A stretch of DNA of 64,000 bases, taken from the NCBI GenBank assembly GCA_021204865.1, contig JAJPYQ010000046.1, forward strand, positions 257-64,256, written 5' to 3'. The DNA is from Prevotellaceae bacterium (GTDB lineage: Bacteria > Bacteroidota > Bacteroidia > Bacteroidales > Bacteroidaceae). This document shows positions 17,405 to 28,126 of this stretch, one piece after another. The notes under the pieces are model-generated. The model ran no database searches. It was not told the DNA's origin and saw nothing but the letters and a program-made list of their open reading frames with translations. The position numbers and the translations under genes are program-made. Numbering within the stretch: the stretch's first letter is position 1; the number at the start of each line of letters is the position of its first letter.

Positions 17405-19345
17405 ATGATAAGTGTCGACCATCTGAGTATGGAGTTTAGCTCCAAGCCGCTTCTGAGCGATGTCAGCTTCGTCGTTAACCAGCGGGAGCGCATAGCCCTC
17501 GTCGGGAAGAACGGGGCTGGCAAGAGCACGCTCCTTAGGCTGATTGCGGGACAGCTTGCACCCGGCGCGGGGACGGTGAGCATGCCAGCAGGGCTGGCAG
17601 TGGGCTATCTCCCGCAGGTGATGGAGGTGGAGGACGGGCTGACGGTGAGGCAGGAGGCAGAGAAAGCATTCAGCCAACTCCGGGAGACGCAGAGCCGGAT
17701 AAAGCGTCTCGAGGAGCTGATGGCAGAGGGCAGCGGCTCGAAGAGCGACGGCTACTTGCGCCTCGTGGACGAGTACACCCGTCTCTCAGAGAGATTCCGC
17801 ATACTCGGTGGGCAGAACTACCAGGCGGAGCTGGAGCGCGTCCTCAGAGGCCTGGGGTTCCGCAGAGGCGACCTCGACCGCCAGACGAACGAGTTCTCAG
17901 GCGGCTGGAGAATGCGCGTTGAGCTGGCGAAGCTGTTGCTCGGCAAGCCCGATGTGCTTCTTCTGGACGAGCCCACCAACCATCTCGACATCGAGAGCAT
18001 ACAGTGGCTGGAGCAGTTCCTCGTGGCACGTCCTGCGGCGGTGATGCTCGTCAGCCACGACAGAGCCTTCCTCAACAACGTGTGCACGAGGACGATGGAA
18101 ATCTCCTGCGGAAAAATCTACGACTACAGAGTTCCCTACGACCAGTTCGTTGCGCTCCGCAAGGAACGCCGAGAACAGCAGCTGCGGGCGTACGAGAACC
18201 AGCTGAAGGAGATTGCGGAGACAAGGGAGTTCATAGAGCGGTTTCGCTACAAGCCGTCGAAGGCGGTGCAGGTGCAAAGCCGCATCAAACAGCTCGCCAA
18301 GATAGTGCCGATAGAAGTGGACGAGGTGGATCGCTCAGCCCTCCGTCTGAAGTTCACCTGCTCGCAGCGCAGCGGCGACTTCCCCCTCGTCTGCGAGGAC
18401 GTGAAAAAAGTTTATGCCCACACCGTCTTCCAGAACGTCAACCTCACCATTCGTAGGGGTGAGAAAGTGGCGTTCTGCGGGCGCAACGGCGAGGGCAAGT
18501 CAACGCTCGTGAAGTGCATAATGGGCGAGATACCCTACGAGGGCAAGATCACCGTCGGGCACAACGTGCAGATAGGCTATTTCGCCCAGAACCAGGCGCA
18601 AACGCTTGACGGGGAGCTGACCGTGTTCGACACCATCGACCGTGTGGCGCGAGGGGAGATAAGGCTGAAAATCAGGGACTTGCTCGGGGCGTTCATGTTC
18701 GGGGGCGAGGCCTCGGAGAAGAAAGTGAAAGTCCTTTCGGGTGGTGAGCGCAGCCGCCTGGCGATGATCAAGCTGCTTCTCGAGCCTGTAAACTTCCTGA
18801 TACTGGACGAGCCGACCAACCACCTCGACATGCGCTCGAAGGACGTGCTGAAGGAGGCGATAAGAGACTTCGACGGAACGGTCTTAGTGGTGAGCCACGA
18901 CAGAGATTTTCTTGACGGAATGGTGTCACGTGTGTACGAGTTCGCAGATGCTCGAGTGAGGGAGCATATAGGGGGAATTTATGACTTCGTGAGCCGATTC
19001 AGCCTTAGGGAGGCAGCGCTTACCCCAGCGCAGGGAACAAGCCCGCAGGAGGCACGCAAAGCTCCCTCGCAGACACGCCAGTCGTACGAAGAGCGTAAAC
19101 AACGGTCGCGTCACCAGCGTAGGCTGGAGCAAACAATCAGCGAGGCGGAAACGGCCGTGGCGGAAATAGAAAACGCCTTGAAAATAATTGAATCGAAGAT
19201 GTCCACCCAAGAGGGAAGCATGGACAATGCGCTCTACGACAAGCACGCGTCGCTCCAACGCCAGCGCAAGGCACTCGAGCAGGACTGGGCTGAGGCGATG
19301 GAGGAACTCGAAGAAATGAATAGCAGCCAAGCCGATGGGGAATGA
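17405..19345 (+). CDS. ABC-F family ATPase (two ABC cassettes, no TM domain)
   Basis: Walker A motifs GKNGAGKST and GRNGEGKST, signature motifs FSGGWRMR and LSGGERSR, and a coiled-coil C-terminal tail. Confidence 0.9.
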   Translation: MISVDHLSMEFSSKPLLSDVSFVVNQRERIALVGKNGAGKSTLLRLIAGQLAPGAGTVSMPAGLAVGYLPQVMEVEDGLTVRQEAEKAFSQLRETQSRIKRLEELMAEGSGSKSDGYLRLVDEYTRLSERFRILGGQNYQAELERVLRGLGFRRGDLDRQTNEFSGGWRMRVELAKLLLGKPDVLLLDEPTNHLDIESIQWLEQFLVARPAAVMLVSHDRAFLNNVCTRTMEISCGKIYDYRVPYDQFVALRKERREQQLRAYENQLKEIAETREFIERFRYKPSKAVQVQSRIKQLAKIVPIEVDEVDRSALRLKFTCSQRSGDFPLVCEDVKKVYAHTVFQNVNLTIRRGEKVAFCGRNGEGKSTLVKCIMGEIPYEGKITVGHNVQIGYFAQNQAQTLDGELTVFDTIDRVARGEIRLKIRDLLGAFMFGGEASEKKVKVLSGGERSRLAMIKLLLEPVNFLILDEPTNHLDMRSKDVLKEAIRDFDGTVLVVSHDRDFLDGMVSRVYEFADARVREHIGGIYDFVSRFSLREAALTPAQGTSPQEARKAPSQTRQSYEERKQRSRHQRRLEQTISEAETAVAEIENALKIIESKMSTQEGSMDNALYDKHASLQRQRKALEQDWAEAMEELEEMNSSQADGE

Positions 19346-19443
19346 AGAGTCGAGACTGAATTTCAACAGTCAGGGAGAGCCGACTGGGCTTTTCCCTGTC
19401 TTTTCCGTGCAAACCGAGAATCAAACCTTTCAAACATAAATAT

Positions 19444-21474
19444 ATGAAAACCAAACTGTTAACTGCTGTCGCCATATCTATGGCACTGACAGCATGCCAA
19501 AAGGAAATGAAATCGGGAATTGACATCGCAAACCTTGACACGAGTGTAGACCCAGCCACAGACTTCTACCAGTACGCCACTGGCGGATGGCAAGCGGCTA
19601 ACCCCCTGACCGCTGAGTACAGCCGCTACGGCTCGTTCGACGCACTGCAAGAGGAGAACAACAAACGCCTCAGTGAGCTTATCGACAGCGTGGCTGCCCT
19701 CGACAATCCTGAGGGAAGCATCGAGCGCAAAATAGCAGACATCTACAACTCTGCGATGGACAGCGTCAGACTTAACGGTAATGGACTTGCGCAGTTGCAT
19801 GACTTCCTCGAGGCGGACGGCTATCAAAGCTCAAAGGAAGCAACAGAGAAGTGGCTCGCCGAGACGTGGCCAAGGATGCAGAGGCAAGGAGTTCAGGGCT
19901 TGTTCGGACTGTATATAGGCGCAGACGAAAAGGATTCAAAGAACAACATCCTCAACATCCACCAAGGCGGTCTGACTATGGGGCAGAAGGAATATTATCT
20001 TAACGACGATTCTGCCACCACAGCCATCCGAGAAGCCTACACCCAATACATCGTCGACCTCACCAAGCACGCTGGCTTCACCGACGAGCAGGCAGAGAAA
20101 ATATCTAACGATGTGATGCGCATAGAGACACGGCTGGCAAAGCAAAGCCGGAGCATGGCTGAGCTTCGTGACCCCGAGTCGAACTACCACAAGATGAGCT
20201 ACGAACAGCTTAAGGTCGACTATGCGGGAGTGGACTGGGACCAGTATCTCTCGAACTTCGGTATTCAGGGCATCGACAGCCTCATTGTGGGGCAGCCTGA
20301 CGCGCTTCACGAGGCGGAGAAGGTGCTTAAGGAAGAGCCGCAGGAAGCTTTACAGAACTTCTATCTTTGGCACGCCCTGAACATGGCAAGCTCTTACGTT
20401 GACGACGAGAGCAGAGCCCTTAACTTCGCATTCTGGGGAAAGACGATGAGCGGAAGAGAAGAGGACAAACCACGCTGGAAACGTGCCGTGGCAAGTGTTG
20501 ATGGTGGCGTTGGAGAGGCACTGGGGCATCTGTACGTCGACCGCTTCTTCCCCCCTGAGGCGAAGGAAAGAATGGAGAAGCTGGTGGCAAACTTGCAGGT
20601 GGCTCTTGGCGAGAGAATTGACGCACAGGACTGGATGAGCGACGAGACGAAGGCCGTTGCGCACGAGAAGCTGGACGCGTTTTACGTGAAGGTAGGTTAT
20701 CCCAACAAATGGAAGGACTACAGCTCACTTCAGACTGGGGAGGATTATCTCCCGAATATCTTGGCATGCAACGAGTGGAAAATCAATGATATGGTGCAGA
20801 CCAGACTGAATAAACCAGTTGACAAAGACGAGTGGTATATGACCCCGCAGACAGTGAACGCATATTACGATCCAAGCACCAACGAGATCACCTTTCCAGC
20901 CGGCATACTTCAAAAGCCCTTCTTCGACCTAGAGGCTGACGACGCATTTAACTATGGAGCTATCGGTGTTGTTATAGGTCACGAGATGACCCATGGATTT
21001 GACGACGAAGGCTCGCAGTACGACAAGGATGGAAACCTCAGAAAATGGTGGAACGAGGATGACACGAAGCGCTTCAAGGAAAGGATTGAGGTGATGCGAA
21101 ATTTCCACGACAATATCGAGGTTCTGCCCGGCTTGCACGCTAACGGCAGCCTGACACTCGGTGAGAATATGGCTGACCATGGCGGACTGATGGTGTCGTT
21201 CCAGGCATTCAAGAACGCTACTAAGGACGCTCCCCTCGGCACTGTCGACGGCTTCACGCCCGAGCAGAGGTTCTTCCTCGCCTACGCAGGGGTGTGGGCG
21301 CAGAACATCAGGACAGAGGAGATGCGTAACCTTACCATAAGAGACCCCCACGCACTGGCTAAATGGAGGGTGAACGCACAGCTGCCGCATATCGACGCAT
21401 GGTATGAGGCCTTCGGAATCACCGAGGATTCTCCTATGTTCGTGCCTAAGGAACAGCGGGTCAACATCTGGTAA
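19444..21474 (+). CDS. pepO: M13-family zinc metallopeptidase (PepO / endothelin-converting-enzyme-like), lipoprotein
   Basis: Lipoprotein signal ...MALTAC, HExxH motif VIGHEMTHGFDD, and GENMADHGG (ExxxD). Confidence 0.9.
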   Translation: MKTKLLTAVAISMALTACQKEMKSGIDIANLDTSVDPATDFYQYATGGWQAANPLTAEYSRYGSFDALQEENNKRLSELIDSVAALDNPEGSIERKIADIYNSAMDSVRLNGNGLAQLHDFLEADGYQSSKEATEKWLAETWPRMQRQGVQGLFGLYIGADEKDSKNNILNIHQGGLTMGQKEYYLNDDSATTAIREAYTQYIVDLTKHAGFTDEQAEKISNDVMRIETRLAKQSRSMAELRDPESNYHKMSYEQLKVDYAGVDWDQYLSNFGIQGIDSLIVGQPDALHEAEKVLKEEPQEALQNFYLWHALNMASSYVDDESRALNFAFWGKTMSGREEDKPRWKRAVASVDGGVGEALGHLYVDRFFPPEAKERMEKLVANLQVALGERIDAQDWMSDETKAVAHEKLDAFYVKVGYPNKWKDYSSLQTGEDYLPNILACNEWKINDMVQTRLNKPVDKDEWYMTPQTVNAYYDPSTNEITFPAGILQKPFFDLEADDAFNYGAIGVVIGHEMTHGFDDEGSQYDKDGNLRKWWNEDDTKRFKERIEVMRNFHDNIEVLPGLHANGSLTLGENMADHGGLMVSFQAFKNATKDAPLGTVDGFTPEQRFFLAYAGVWAQNIRTEEMRNLTIRDPHALAKWRVNAQLPHIDAWYEAFGITEDSPMFVPKEQRVNIW

Positions 21475-21508
21475 AATCACACTCTAAAACAAGACGCCAA
21501 GCAATAAA

Positions 21509-22426
21509 ATGCCACTAAAACTACCCGACAAACTGCCTGCCATAGAGCTGCTGAAAGAGGAGAATATCTTCGTGATGGACAGCTCGAGGGCTCGCATGCA
21601 GGACATCAGACCGCTGCGCATAGTGGTCTTGAACCTGATGCCGCTAAAAATCACAACGGAGACTGACCTCGTTCGCCTGCTCTCCAACACGCCTTTGCAG
21701 CTGGAGATTGAGTTTATGAAGGTGAAGGCTCACACGAGCAAAAACACACCAATCGAACACATGAAGGCGTTCTACAGAGATTTCCAGCTGATGCGTGACG
21801 ACAAGTACGACGGCATGATAATAACGGGTGCGCCAGTGGAGCATTTGGACTTTGAGGAGGTGACTTATTGGGACGAGATGACTGAGATTTTCGACTGGAG
21901 TCGCACCCACGTCACCAGCACTATGTACATCTGTTGGGCTGCTCAGGCTGGTCTTTACCACCACTACGGCATCCCTAAATACCCGCTGCCTGAGAAGATG
22001 TTCGGCATATTTCCGCAGAAACCACTCATACCATCTTTGCCCATCTTCCGTGGCTTCGATGACGTGTTTTTTATGCCCCACAGCCGCCACACCGAGATAC
22101 ATAAGGAGGACATACTGGCAAGACCTGAACTGACGCTCATAGCCGAAAGCGAGGAGAGCGGGGTGAGCATGGTGATGGCTCGTGGTGGAAGGGAAATTTA
22201 CATCACTGGACATAGTGAGTATAGTCCCTTGACGCTCGACACTGAATACAAGCGTGACCTTGCGAAGAAGCTGCCTATAAAGAAACCACAAAACTACTAC
22301 ATTGACGACGACCCAGCCAAAGGTCCCCTCGTCTCTTGGCGCACGCACGGCAATATGCTGTTCCTCAACTGGTTGAACTATTACATCTATCAGGAGACAC
22401 CTTACAATTTGAATGACATCCACTAA
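21509..22426 (+). CDS. metA: homoserine O-acyltransferase, MetA family
   Basis: MPLKLPDKLPAIELLKEENIFVM...RIVVLNLMPLKITTETD is the typical MetA N-terminus, at 305 aa. Confidence 0.9.
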   Translation: MPLKLPDKLPAIELLKEENIFVMDSSRARMQDIRPLRIVVLNLMPLKITTETDLVRLLSNTPLQLEIEFMKVKAHTSKNTPIEHMKAFYRDFQLMRDDKYDGMIITGAPVEHLDFEEVTYWDEMTEIFDWSRTHVTSTMYICWAAQAGLYHHYGIPKYPLPEKMFGIFPQKPLIPSLPIFRGFDDVFFMPHSRHTEIHKEDILARPELTLIAESEESGVSMVMARGGREIYITGHSEYSPLTLDTEYKRDLAKKLPIKKPQNYYIDDDPAKGPLVSWRTHGNMLFLNWLNYYIYQETPYNLNDIH

Positions 22427-22437
22427 GCGCAGACCTG

Positions 22438-24270
22438 ATGAAAGCCATCGAACTCTTAGCTCCGGCTCACGACCTTGAGACAGCTCTCGAGGCGATACGA
22501 CATGGTGCTGATGCCGTCTACATCGGGGCTGAGAGGTTTGGGGCCCGTGGAGAGGCTGGCAATTCGGTGGAGGACATCAGGGAACTGTGTCGACGGGCTC
22601 ACGTCTTCAGAGTGCGAATTTATGTTACACTGAATACTATCCTAAAGGACGATGAGCTTGAAGATGCCCGACAGCTGGTTTGGCAGCTTTACGAGGCTGG
22701 GGTGGATGCCCTGATAGTTCAGGATATGGCGCTGCTGGAGATGGAACTGCCGCCCATTTCCCTTCACGCCAGCACGCAGATGAACAACGCCACGACAGAG
22801 CAGGTGAGGTGGCTCAGGTCGCTGGGATTCAGGCAGGTGGTGCTTGCAAGAGAATTGACACTGGGCGAGATGGCGGAGATTCACAAGCAAGTGCCGGATG
22901 TCAGGCTCGAGGTCTTCGTCCACGGCTCAATCTGCGTGAGTTATAACGGACAATGCTACGCCTCACAACACTGTTTTCACCGCTCTGCAAACCGTGGTGA
23001 GTGCGCCCAGTTCTGCCGCCTTCCCTTCGACCTTGTCGACGCAAAGGGCAGGGTGGTGGCGAGGCAAAAACATTTGCTGTCCCTGCGAGATATGAACCGC
23101 AGCCAGCAGCTGGAGAACTTGCTCGACGCTGGTGCTGTGAGCCTGAAGATTGAGGGCAGGCTGAAGGACAAGGCATACGTGAAAAACGTGGTCGCTTACT
23201 ATCGGCAGGCACTCGACAGAATTTGCCACAAGCGTCCTGAAGACTACTGCCGCTCCTCCCTTGGCAGGCACAGTTTCTCTTTCGAGCCTAAGCTTGATGC
23301 CGTGTTCAACAGAGGCTTTACAGACTACTTCCTTCAGGGCAGACAACGGGGTCTTGCCAACCACCTCTCGCCCAAAAGCATTGGTGAGCCAGTCGGAAAA
23401 GTGAAAAATATACTTAACCATTGCGTTGTTGTAGCTGGCGAGACCTCATTCTCCAACGGAGACGGACTTTGCTACTATAACAAGGAGGGACGGCTGCAAG
23501 GCTTCAGAGTGAACAGAGTCGATAATGACAAGCTTTTCCCGCAAGTGATGCCCACCGACCTTGAACTTGGGACGCAGCTCTACCGCAACTACAACCAGCG
23601 ACTTGAGACGCTTCTCTCTTGCCCCTCAGCCGAAAGAAAAATCCCAATCTCTTGGACTTTCTCCGAGACACCTGACGGCTTCCGCCTAAGTGCCGCTCTG
23701 AAGAGCGAAAATTTAAGCGTGAGCCGTGATTTCAAAGCTGAGCACACCCCAGCCCGAAGCGAGCAGAATGAGCTGATGGAGAGGCATCTGGCGAGGCTCG
23801 GGACAACTGTTTTCGAGAGCGGGGGCGTTGACTTCCAGACGAGCCGAAACTGGTTCGTGCCCGTGAGCTTGCTGACAAGTTGGAGAAATCTGCTTATCGA
23901 AGCTTTGGAGCGGCTTTTGAGCGAGGAGCATACCACTGTGCCGCCAAGCCCTGAAGAGGCCGTTGAAGCGCCATTTAAAGGCAAGGAAATCACATATCTC
24001 GGCAACGTGGCGAACTCGCTGGCTAAGCGTTTTTATCTCGACAACGGGGCTTTGAGCGTTGAGGATGCGATGGAGGTCTACGAGTCAACTATTCATGACA
24101 TGCCCTTGCTGATGAGATGCCGCTATTGCATACTTTTCGAGCTGGGCTGTTGCGCCAAGCAGGGCGACAGAACCCTTGTGCAACCCCTTTTCTTGAGGCT
24201 TGCCGACGGCAGAATTTTCCCTCTTGGTTTCGACTGCAAAGAATGTGAAATGCTGGTTTATGCGGGTTAG
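22438..24270 (+). CDS. peptidase U32 family protein
   Basis: MKAIELLAPAHDLETALEAIRHGADAVYIGAERFGAR... and the ECxxxC-type Cys region (GECAQFCRLP) are typical of U32. Confidence 0.85.
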   Translation: MKAIELLAPAHDLETALEAIRHGADAVYIGAERFGARGEAGNSVEDIRELCRRAHVFRVRIYVTLNTILKDDELEDARQLVWQLYEAGVDALIVQDMALLEMELPPISLHASTQMNNATTEQVRWLRSLGFRQVVLARELTLGEMAEIHKQVPDVRLEVFVHGSICVSYNGQCYASQHCFHRSANRGECAQFCRLPFDLVDAKGRVVARQKHLLSLRDMNRSQQLENLLDAGAVSLKIEGRLKDKAYVKNVVAYYRQALDRICHKRPEDYCRSSLGRHSFSFEPKLDAVFNRGFTDYFLQGRQRGLANHLSPKSIGEPVGKVKNILNHCVVVAGETSFSNGDGLCYYNKEGRLQGFRVNRVDNDKLFPQVMPTDLELGTQLYRNYNQRLETLLSCPSAERKIPISWTFSETPDGFRLSAALKSENLSVSRDFKAEHTPARSEQNELMERHLARLGTTVFESGGVDFQTSRNWFVPVSLLTSWRNLLIEALERLLSEEHTTVPPSPEEAVEAPFKGKEITYLGNVANSLAKRFYLDNGALSVEDAMEVYESTIHDMPLLMRCRYCILFELGCCAKQGDRTLVQPLFLRLADGRIFPLGFDCKECEMLVYAG

Positions 24271-25183
24271 TTTGCTGTTAATATTGTTAGCGTTAGTCCT
24301 GACCTCCTGCCGCCATCCCCAGCAACCTGAAGACTACGATGTGGGTTACAACTTCCTTGTGGTCTCTGACACGCTTTCTTTGCAGGAAGACATGCCTATG
24401 CACCTGCTCATCGCCCCAGAGAGCGCGGAATCGCTCTATGTCCTGAAAGGCGACCAAGTGGTGGTTGCGCAAATAGAGACCATATCGGAGGACGAGGCTG
24501 ACAGTGTGTGGGTGAAAATTGCTCGTGACCAAGACACGCAGGGCTGGATACACGAGAGCGAACTGTTGCAAGGTGTCATCCCTGACGAGCCTATCTCTCA
24601 TGGCATTTTCTTCCTGAGTAACGCCTATCTCATCCCGACCGCCGTACTCTCGCTGCTGGTGCTGGTGGCATGGCTCATTAGGCGAATGCGCAAGGAACGC
24701 TACCATCTTGTCCATATTGACGACATCCCCTCACCATATCCCTTTACCCTCTGCCTCTGCCTGAGCGCTTTGGCTGTGCTTTACGCCAGCATTAAGAAAT
24801 TCGCCCCCAGCACGTGGGCTTTCTTCTACTTCCACCCTACACTGAACCCCTTCGGCTTGCCCCCCTTGCTCGCCCTGCTCCTATCCCTTATGTGGCTGAT
24901 TCTCATACTTTTCTGCGCATCTCTTATGGAGATTTCACGCTGTCTGAGAGCCACTGAGGCGGTGCTTTACACACTCTCGCTCATAGCCGCCCTCGCGATA
25001 CTTTATCTTGTCTTCTCGCTCGCAACGCCCTGCTACATTGGCTATCCCTTGTTCGTGGCATACGCCCTCGCTGCCTTCTGGCAATACACGAGGAAGCACC
25101 GCGCCAAATTCACCTGCGGGAAATGCGGGGCAAGGCTGCGCGAGCTCGGTGTCTGCCCTAAATGTGGAGCGTTAAATACATAA
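24260..25183 (+). CDS. hypothetical polytopic membrane lipoprotein with a C-terminal zinc ribbon
   Basis: Internal start gives MRVSLLLILLALVLTSC (lipobox). Contains an SH3-like segment, at least 4 hydrophobic helices, and a CGKCGARLRELGVCPKCG tail. Overlaps the U32 gene by 11 nt. Confidence 0.5.
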   Translation: MRVSLLLILLALVLTSCRHPQQPEDYDVGYNFLVVSDTLSLQEDMPMHLLIAPESAESLYVLKGDQVVVAQIETISEDEADSVWVKIARDQDTQGWIHESELLQGVIPDEPISHGIFFLSNAYLIPTAVLSLLVLVAWLIRRMRKERYHLVHIDDIPSPYPFTLCLCLSALAVLYASIKKFAPSTWAFFYFHPTLNPFGLPPLLALLLSLMWLILILFCASLMEISRCLRATEAVLYTLSLIAALAILYLVFSLATPCYIGYPLFVAYALAAFWQYTRKHRAKFTCGKCGARLRELGVCPKCGALNT

Positions 25184-25190
25184 ACACGAT

Positions 25191-26570
25191 ATGCCAAAGG
25201 AAAAGATTGCTTACGTTTGCTCCGAGTGCGGGCAGGAAGCCACTAAGTGGGTGGGCAGATGCCCCGCTTGCGGCCAGTGGAACACCATGAAGGAGATCCG
25301 GCTCGGACCAGCGAGAAAGAGCCAAGCCTCAAGCCGTTATTCCAGCTCAACAAGGCAGAACTGCCCCCTTCCCGTGCAGGAAATCGAGGCGGACGCAGAG
25401 CCTCGCATAGACCTTGGCGACAATGAGTTGAACCGCGTTCTTGGCGGTGGACTTGTGCCTGGCAGCCTTGTCTTGCTTGGCGGTGAGCCGGGAATCGGCA
25501 AAAGCACGCTGATTTTGCAAACATCGCTTAACTTGTCTGACAGGACGGTGCTGTACGTCAGCGGAGAGGAGAGCGCAAGGCAGATAAAGCTCCGCGCTGA
25601 CCGTCTAAATCCCTCGCCACGCAGCAAGCTGCTAATCCTCTGCGAAACCTCGTTAGACGCTATTTACAGGCACGTGGAAGAGCTTAAGCCCGACCTTCTG
25701 ATAATAGACTCTATTCAAACTATTTCATCTGAATCGCTCGACTCTTCGCCTGGCAGTCTATCGCAGATAAGGGAGTGTGCCGCCTCGCTGTTGAAGTTCG
25801 TCAAGGAAGGTGGCTGTGGATGCTCGGTCATTCTCATCGGTCACATCACCAAAGACGGCACGCTTGCGGGGCCCAAGGTGCTGGAGCATATCGTGGACTG
25901 CGTGCTTCAGTTCGAGGGCGACCAGCATTATATGTACCGCATTCTCAGGGGAATGAAGAATCGTTTCGGCAGCACCAGCGAGCTTGGCATATACGAGATG
26001 CACCAAGGAGGGCTGCGCCAGGTGGCAAATCCCAGTGAGTTATTGTTGACAGAAGCGAGGGAAGGACTGAGTGGCATAGCGATTTGCAGTGCCGTTGAGG
26101 GTATCCGTCCGCTTCTGATAGAGACCCAAGCCCTCGTGAGCACCGCAGCTTACGGCACTGCCCAGCGTTCCGCCACTGGGTTTGACAGCCGTCGCCTGGG
26201 TATGCTTCTGGCGGTTTTGGAGAAGCGTGTGGGCTTCAAACTCACGCAGAAGGATGTCTTTCTCAACATCGCAGGCGGCTTGCGAGTGACAGACCCAGCG
26301 ATGGATTTGAGCGTCATACTGGCAGTTGTCTCAAGCAATGTTGACCGGGCCATCGACACAGATGTGTGTATGTGCGGAGAAGTAGGCTTGAGCGGGGAAA
26401 TACGCCCAGTAAGCCGCATTGAGCAGCGCATTGCGGAGGCTGAGAAGCTTGGCTTCGGCAGAATGCTCGTGCCCGCTCAGGGGCTTAAAGGCATTGACAA
26501 CAGTCGACTGAAGCTTAAGCTAATTCCCATAGCCCGTGTTGCGGAGGCTGTGAGAGAGCTGTTTGGTTGA
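25191..26570 (+). CDS. radA: DNA repair protein RadA
   Basis: Zinc finger CSECGQEATKWVGRCPACGQWNTM, Walker A GGEPGIGKST, KNRFG motif, and a Lon-like C-terminal domain. Confidence 0.95.
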   Translation: MPKEKIAYVCSECGQEATKWVGRCPACGQWNTMKEIRLGPARKSQASSRYSSSTRQNCPLPVQEIEADAEPRIDLGDNELNRVLGGGLVPGSLVLLGGEPGIGKSTLILQTSLNLSDRTVLYVSGEESARQIKLRADRLNPSPRSKLLILCETSLDAIYRHVEELKPDLLIIDSIQTISSESLDSSPGSLSQIRECAASLLKFVKEGGCGCSVILIGHITKDGTLAGPKVLEHIVDCVLQFEGDQHYMYRILRGMKNRFGSTSELGIYEMHQGGLRQVANPSELLLTEAREGLSGIAICSAVEGIRPLLIETQALVSTAAYGTAQRSATGFDSRRLGMLLAVLEKRVGFKLTQKDVFLNIAGGLRVTDPAMDLSVILAVVSSNVDRAIDTDVCMCGEVGLSGEIRPVSRIEQRIAEAEKLGFGRMLVPAQGLKGIDNSRLKLKLIPIARVAEAVRELFG

Positions 26571-26573
26571 GCA

Positions 26574-28124
26574 ATGGTAAGGGAAATTCAGCTGCGGCTA
26601 CAGCCCTGCGACGCATACAACGAGCAGACCATCAGGCGGATAGTTGCGCAGGAGCAAGCCATTGACGAGCGAACCATCACCTGCGTCCGCATGCTCAGGC
26701 GCAGCATCGACGCTCGTCAAAGAAATATCTTCGTCAATCTCACCCTGAAAGTCTTCGTAAACGAGCAGCCCGACGAGCCGCTTTTTCAACAAATCGTTTA
26801 CAAGGATGTCAGCCAGAGCCCTGCGGTCATTGTCGTGGGAATGGGTCCAGGAGGCTTGTTCGCTGCCTTGCGTCTCATAGAACTCGGCTTGAAACCCGTC
26901 ATCGTTGAGCGAGGCAAAGACGTGAGGGAACGCAAGAAAGACATCGCCGAGATACGTCCACAGCAGAAGATTAACCCAGAGAGCAACTACGCTTTCGGTG
27001 AGGGTGGGGCAGGGGCTTATAGTGATGGAAAACTCTACACACGCTCGAAGAAGCGCGGAAGCTGCGAGAAGATACTGGGCGTGCTGTGCCAACATGGGGC
27101 AAGCCCTGCAATACTTTCTGACGCGCACCCCCATATCGGCACCGATAAGCTGCCAGCTGTCATCGAAAACATACGCAACACAATCCTCAGCTGTGGCGGG
27201 GAAGTCCATTTCGAGACTAAGATGACAGGTCTGTTGCTTCAGGGCGACAAGCTTGTGGGCATCGTATGCGGAGACCGCTCATTCAGGGCTCAGGCGGTGA
27301 TTTTAGCCACTGGACACTCAGCGCGTGACACATATCAGCTTCTGCTCGCCAGCGGTGTTGAGATGGAGGCAAAGGGACTTGCCGTGGGCGTTCGCCTTGA
27401 GCATCCAGCCCAGCTTATAGACCAGTTGCAATATCACAGCAGACAAGGCAGGGGTAAATACCTGCCCGCAGCCGAATACAACTTTGTCAGGCAGGTTGGC
27501 GGCCGTGGTGTTTATAGTTTTTGTATGTGTCCAGGAGGAAGTGTCGTGCCAGCGGCAACCGCTCCACAGCAGATTGTGGTGAACGGAATGAGCCCGAGTA
27601 GCAGGGTAGGGCAGTGGAGCAACAGCGGAATGGTGGTGGAGCTTCGCCCGGAAGACGTGGAGGGAGACGATTTGTTAAGAATGATGCGCTATCAGGAAAG
27701 GCTTGAAAATGATTGCTGGCTGCAGGGAAACCGCAAACAGACTGCCCCGGCTCAGAGAATGTCTGACTTCGTGAACTCGCGCCTCAGCTACGATTTACCC
27801 CGAAGCAGCTACGCCCCTGGACTTATCAGCAGCCCCCTTCACTTCTGGATGCCGCAGCCGATAGTGAAACGCTTGCAGGAAGGCTTTAACCTATTTGGAC
27901 AGCAAAAGCACGGTTTCCTTACCAACGAGGCGGTTGTCATAGGCGTTGAGACACGCACCAGCAGTCCTTTGCGCATACTTCGCAGTGCGGAGACATTCCA
28001 ACACATAAGGGTATGTGGACTGTTTCCTTGTGGTGAGGGAGCAGGCTATGCGGGAGGCATCGTCAGTTCGGCGATAGACGGGGAGCGTTGCGCGGAAGCT
28101 GCCTCCGCTTTTCTCGCATCATAG
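26574..28124 (+). CDS. FAD-dependent oxidoreductase-like protein (COG2509-type)
   Basis: Dinucleotide fold VVGMGPGGLFAAL and a conserved C-terminal GEGAGYAGGI motif. Confidence 0.75.
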   Translation: MVREIQLRLQPCDAYNEQTIRRIVAQEQAIDERTITCVRMLRRSIDARQRNIFVNLTLKVFVNEQPDEPLFQQIVYKDVSQSPAVIVVGMGPGGLFAALRLIELGLKPVIVERGKDVRERKKDIAEIRPQQKINPESNYAFGEGGAGAYSDGKLYTRSKKRGSCEKILGVLCQHGASPAILSDAHPHIGTDKLPAVIENIRNTILSCGGEVHFETKMTGLLLQGDKLVGIVCGDRSFRAQAVILATGHSARDTYQLLLASGVEMEAKGLAVGVRLEHPAQLIDQLQYHSRQGRGKYLPAAEYNFVRQVGGRGVYSFCMCPGGSVVPAATAPQQIVVNGMSPSSRVGQWSNSGMVVELRPEDVEGDDLLRMMRYQERLENDCWLQGNRKQTAPAQRMSDFVNSRLSYDLPRSSYAPGLISSPLHFWMPQPIVKRLQEGFNLFGQQKHGFLTNEAVVIGVETRTSSPLRILRSAETFQHIRVCGLFPCGEGAGYAGGIVSSAIDGERCAEAASAFLAS

Positions 28125-28126
28125 GG

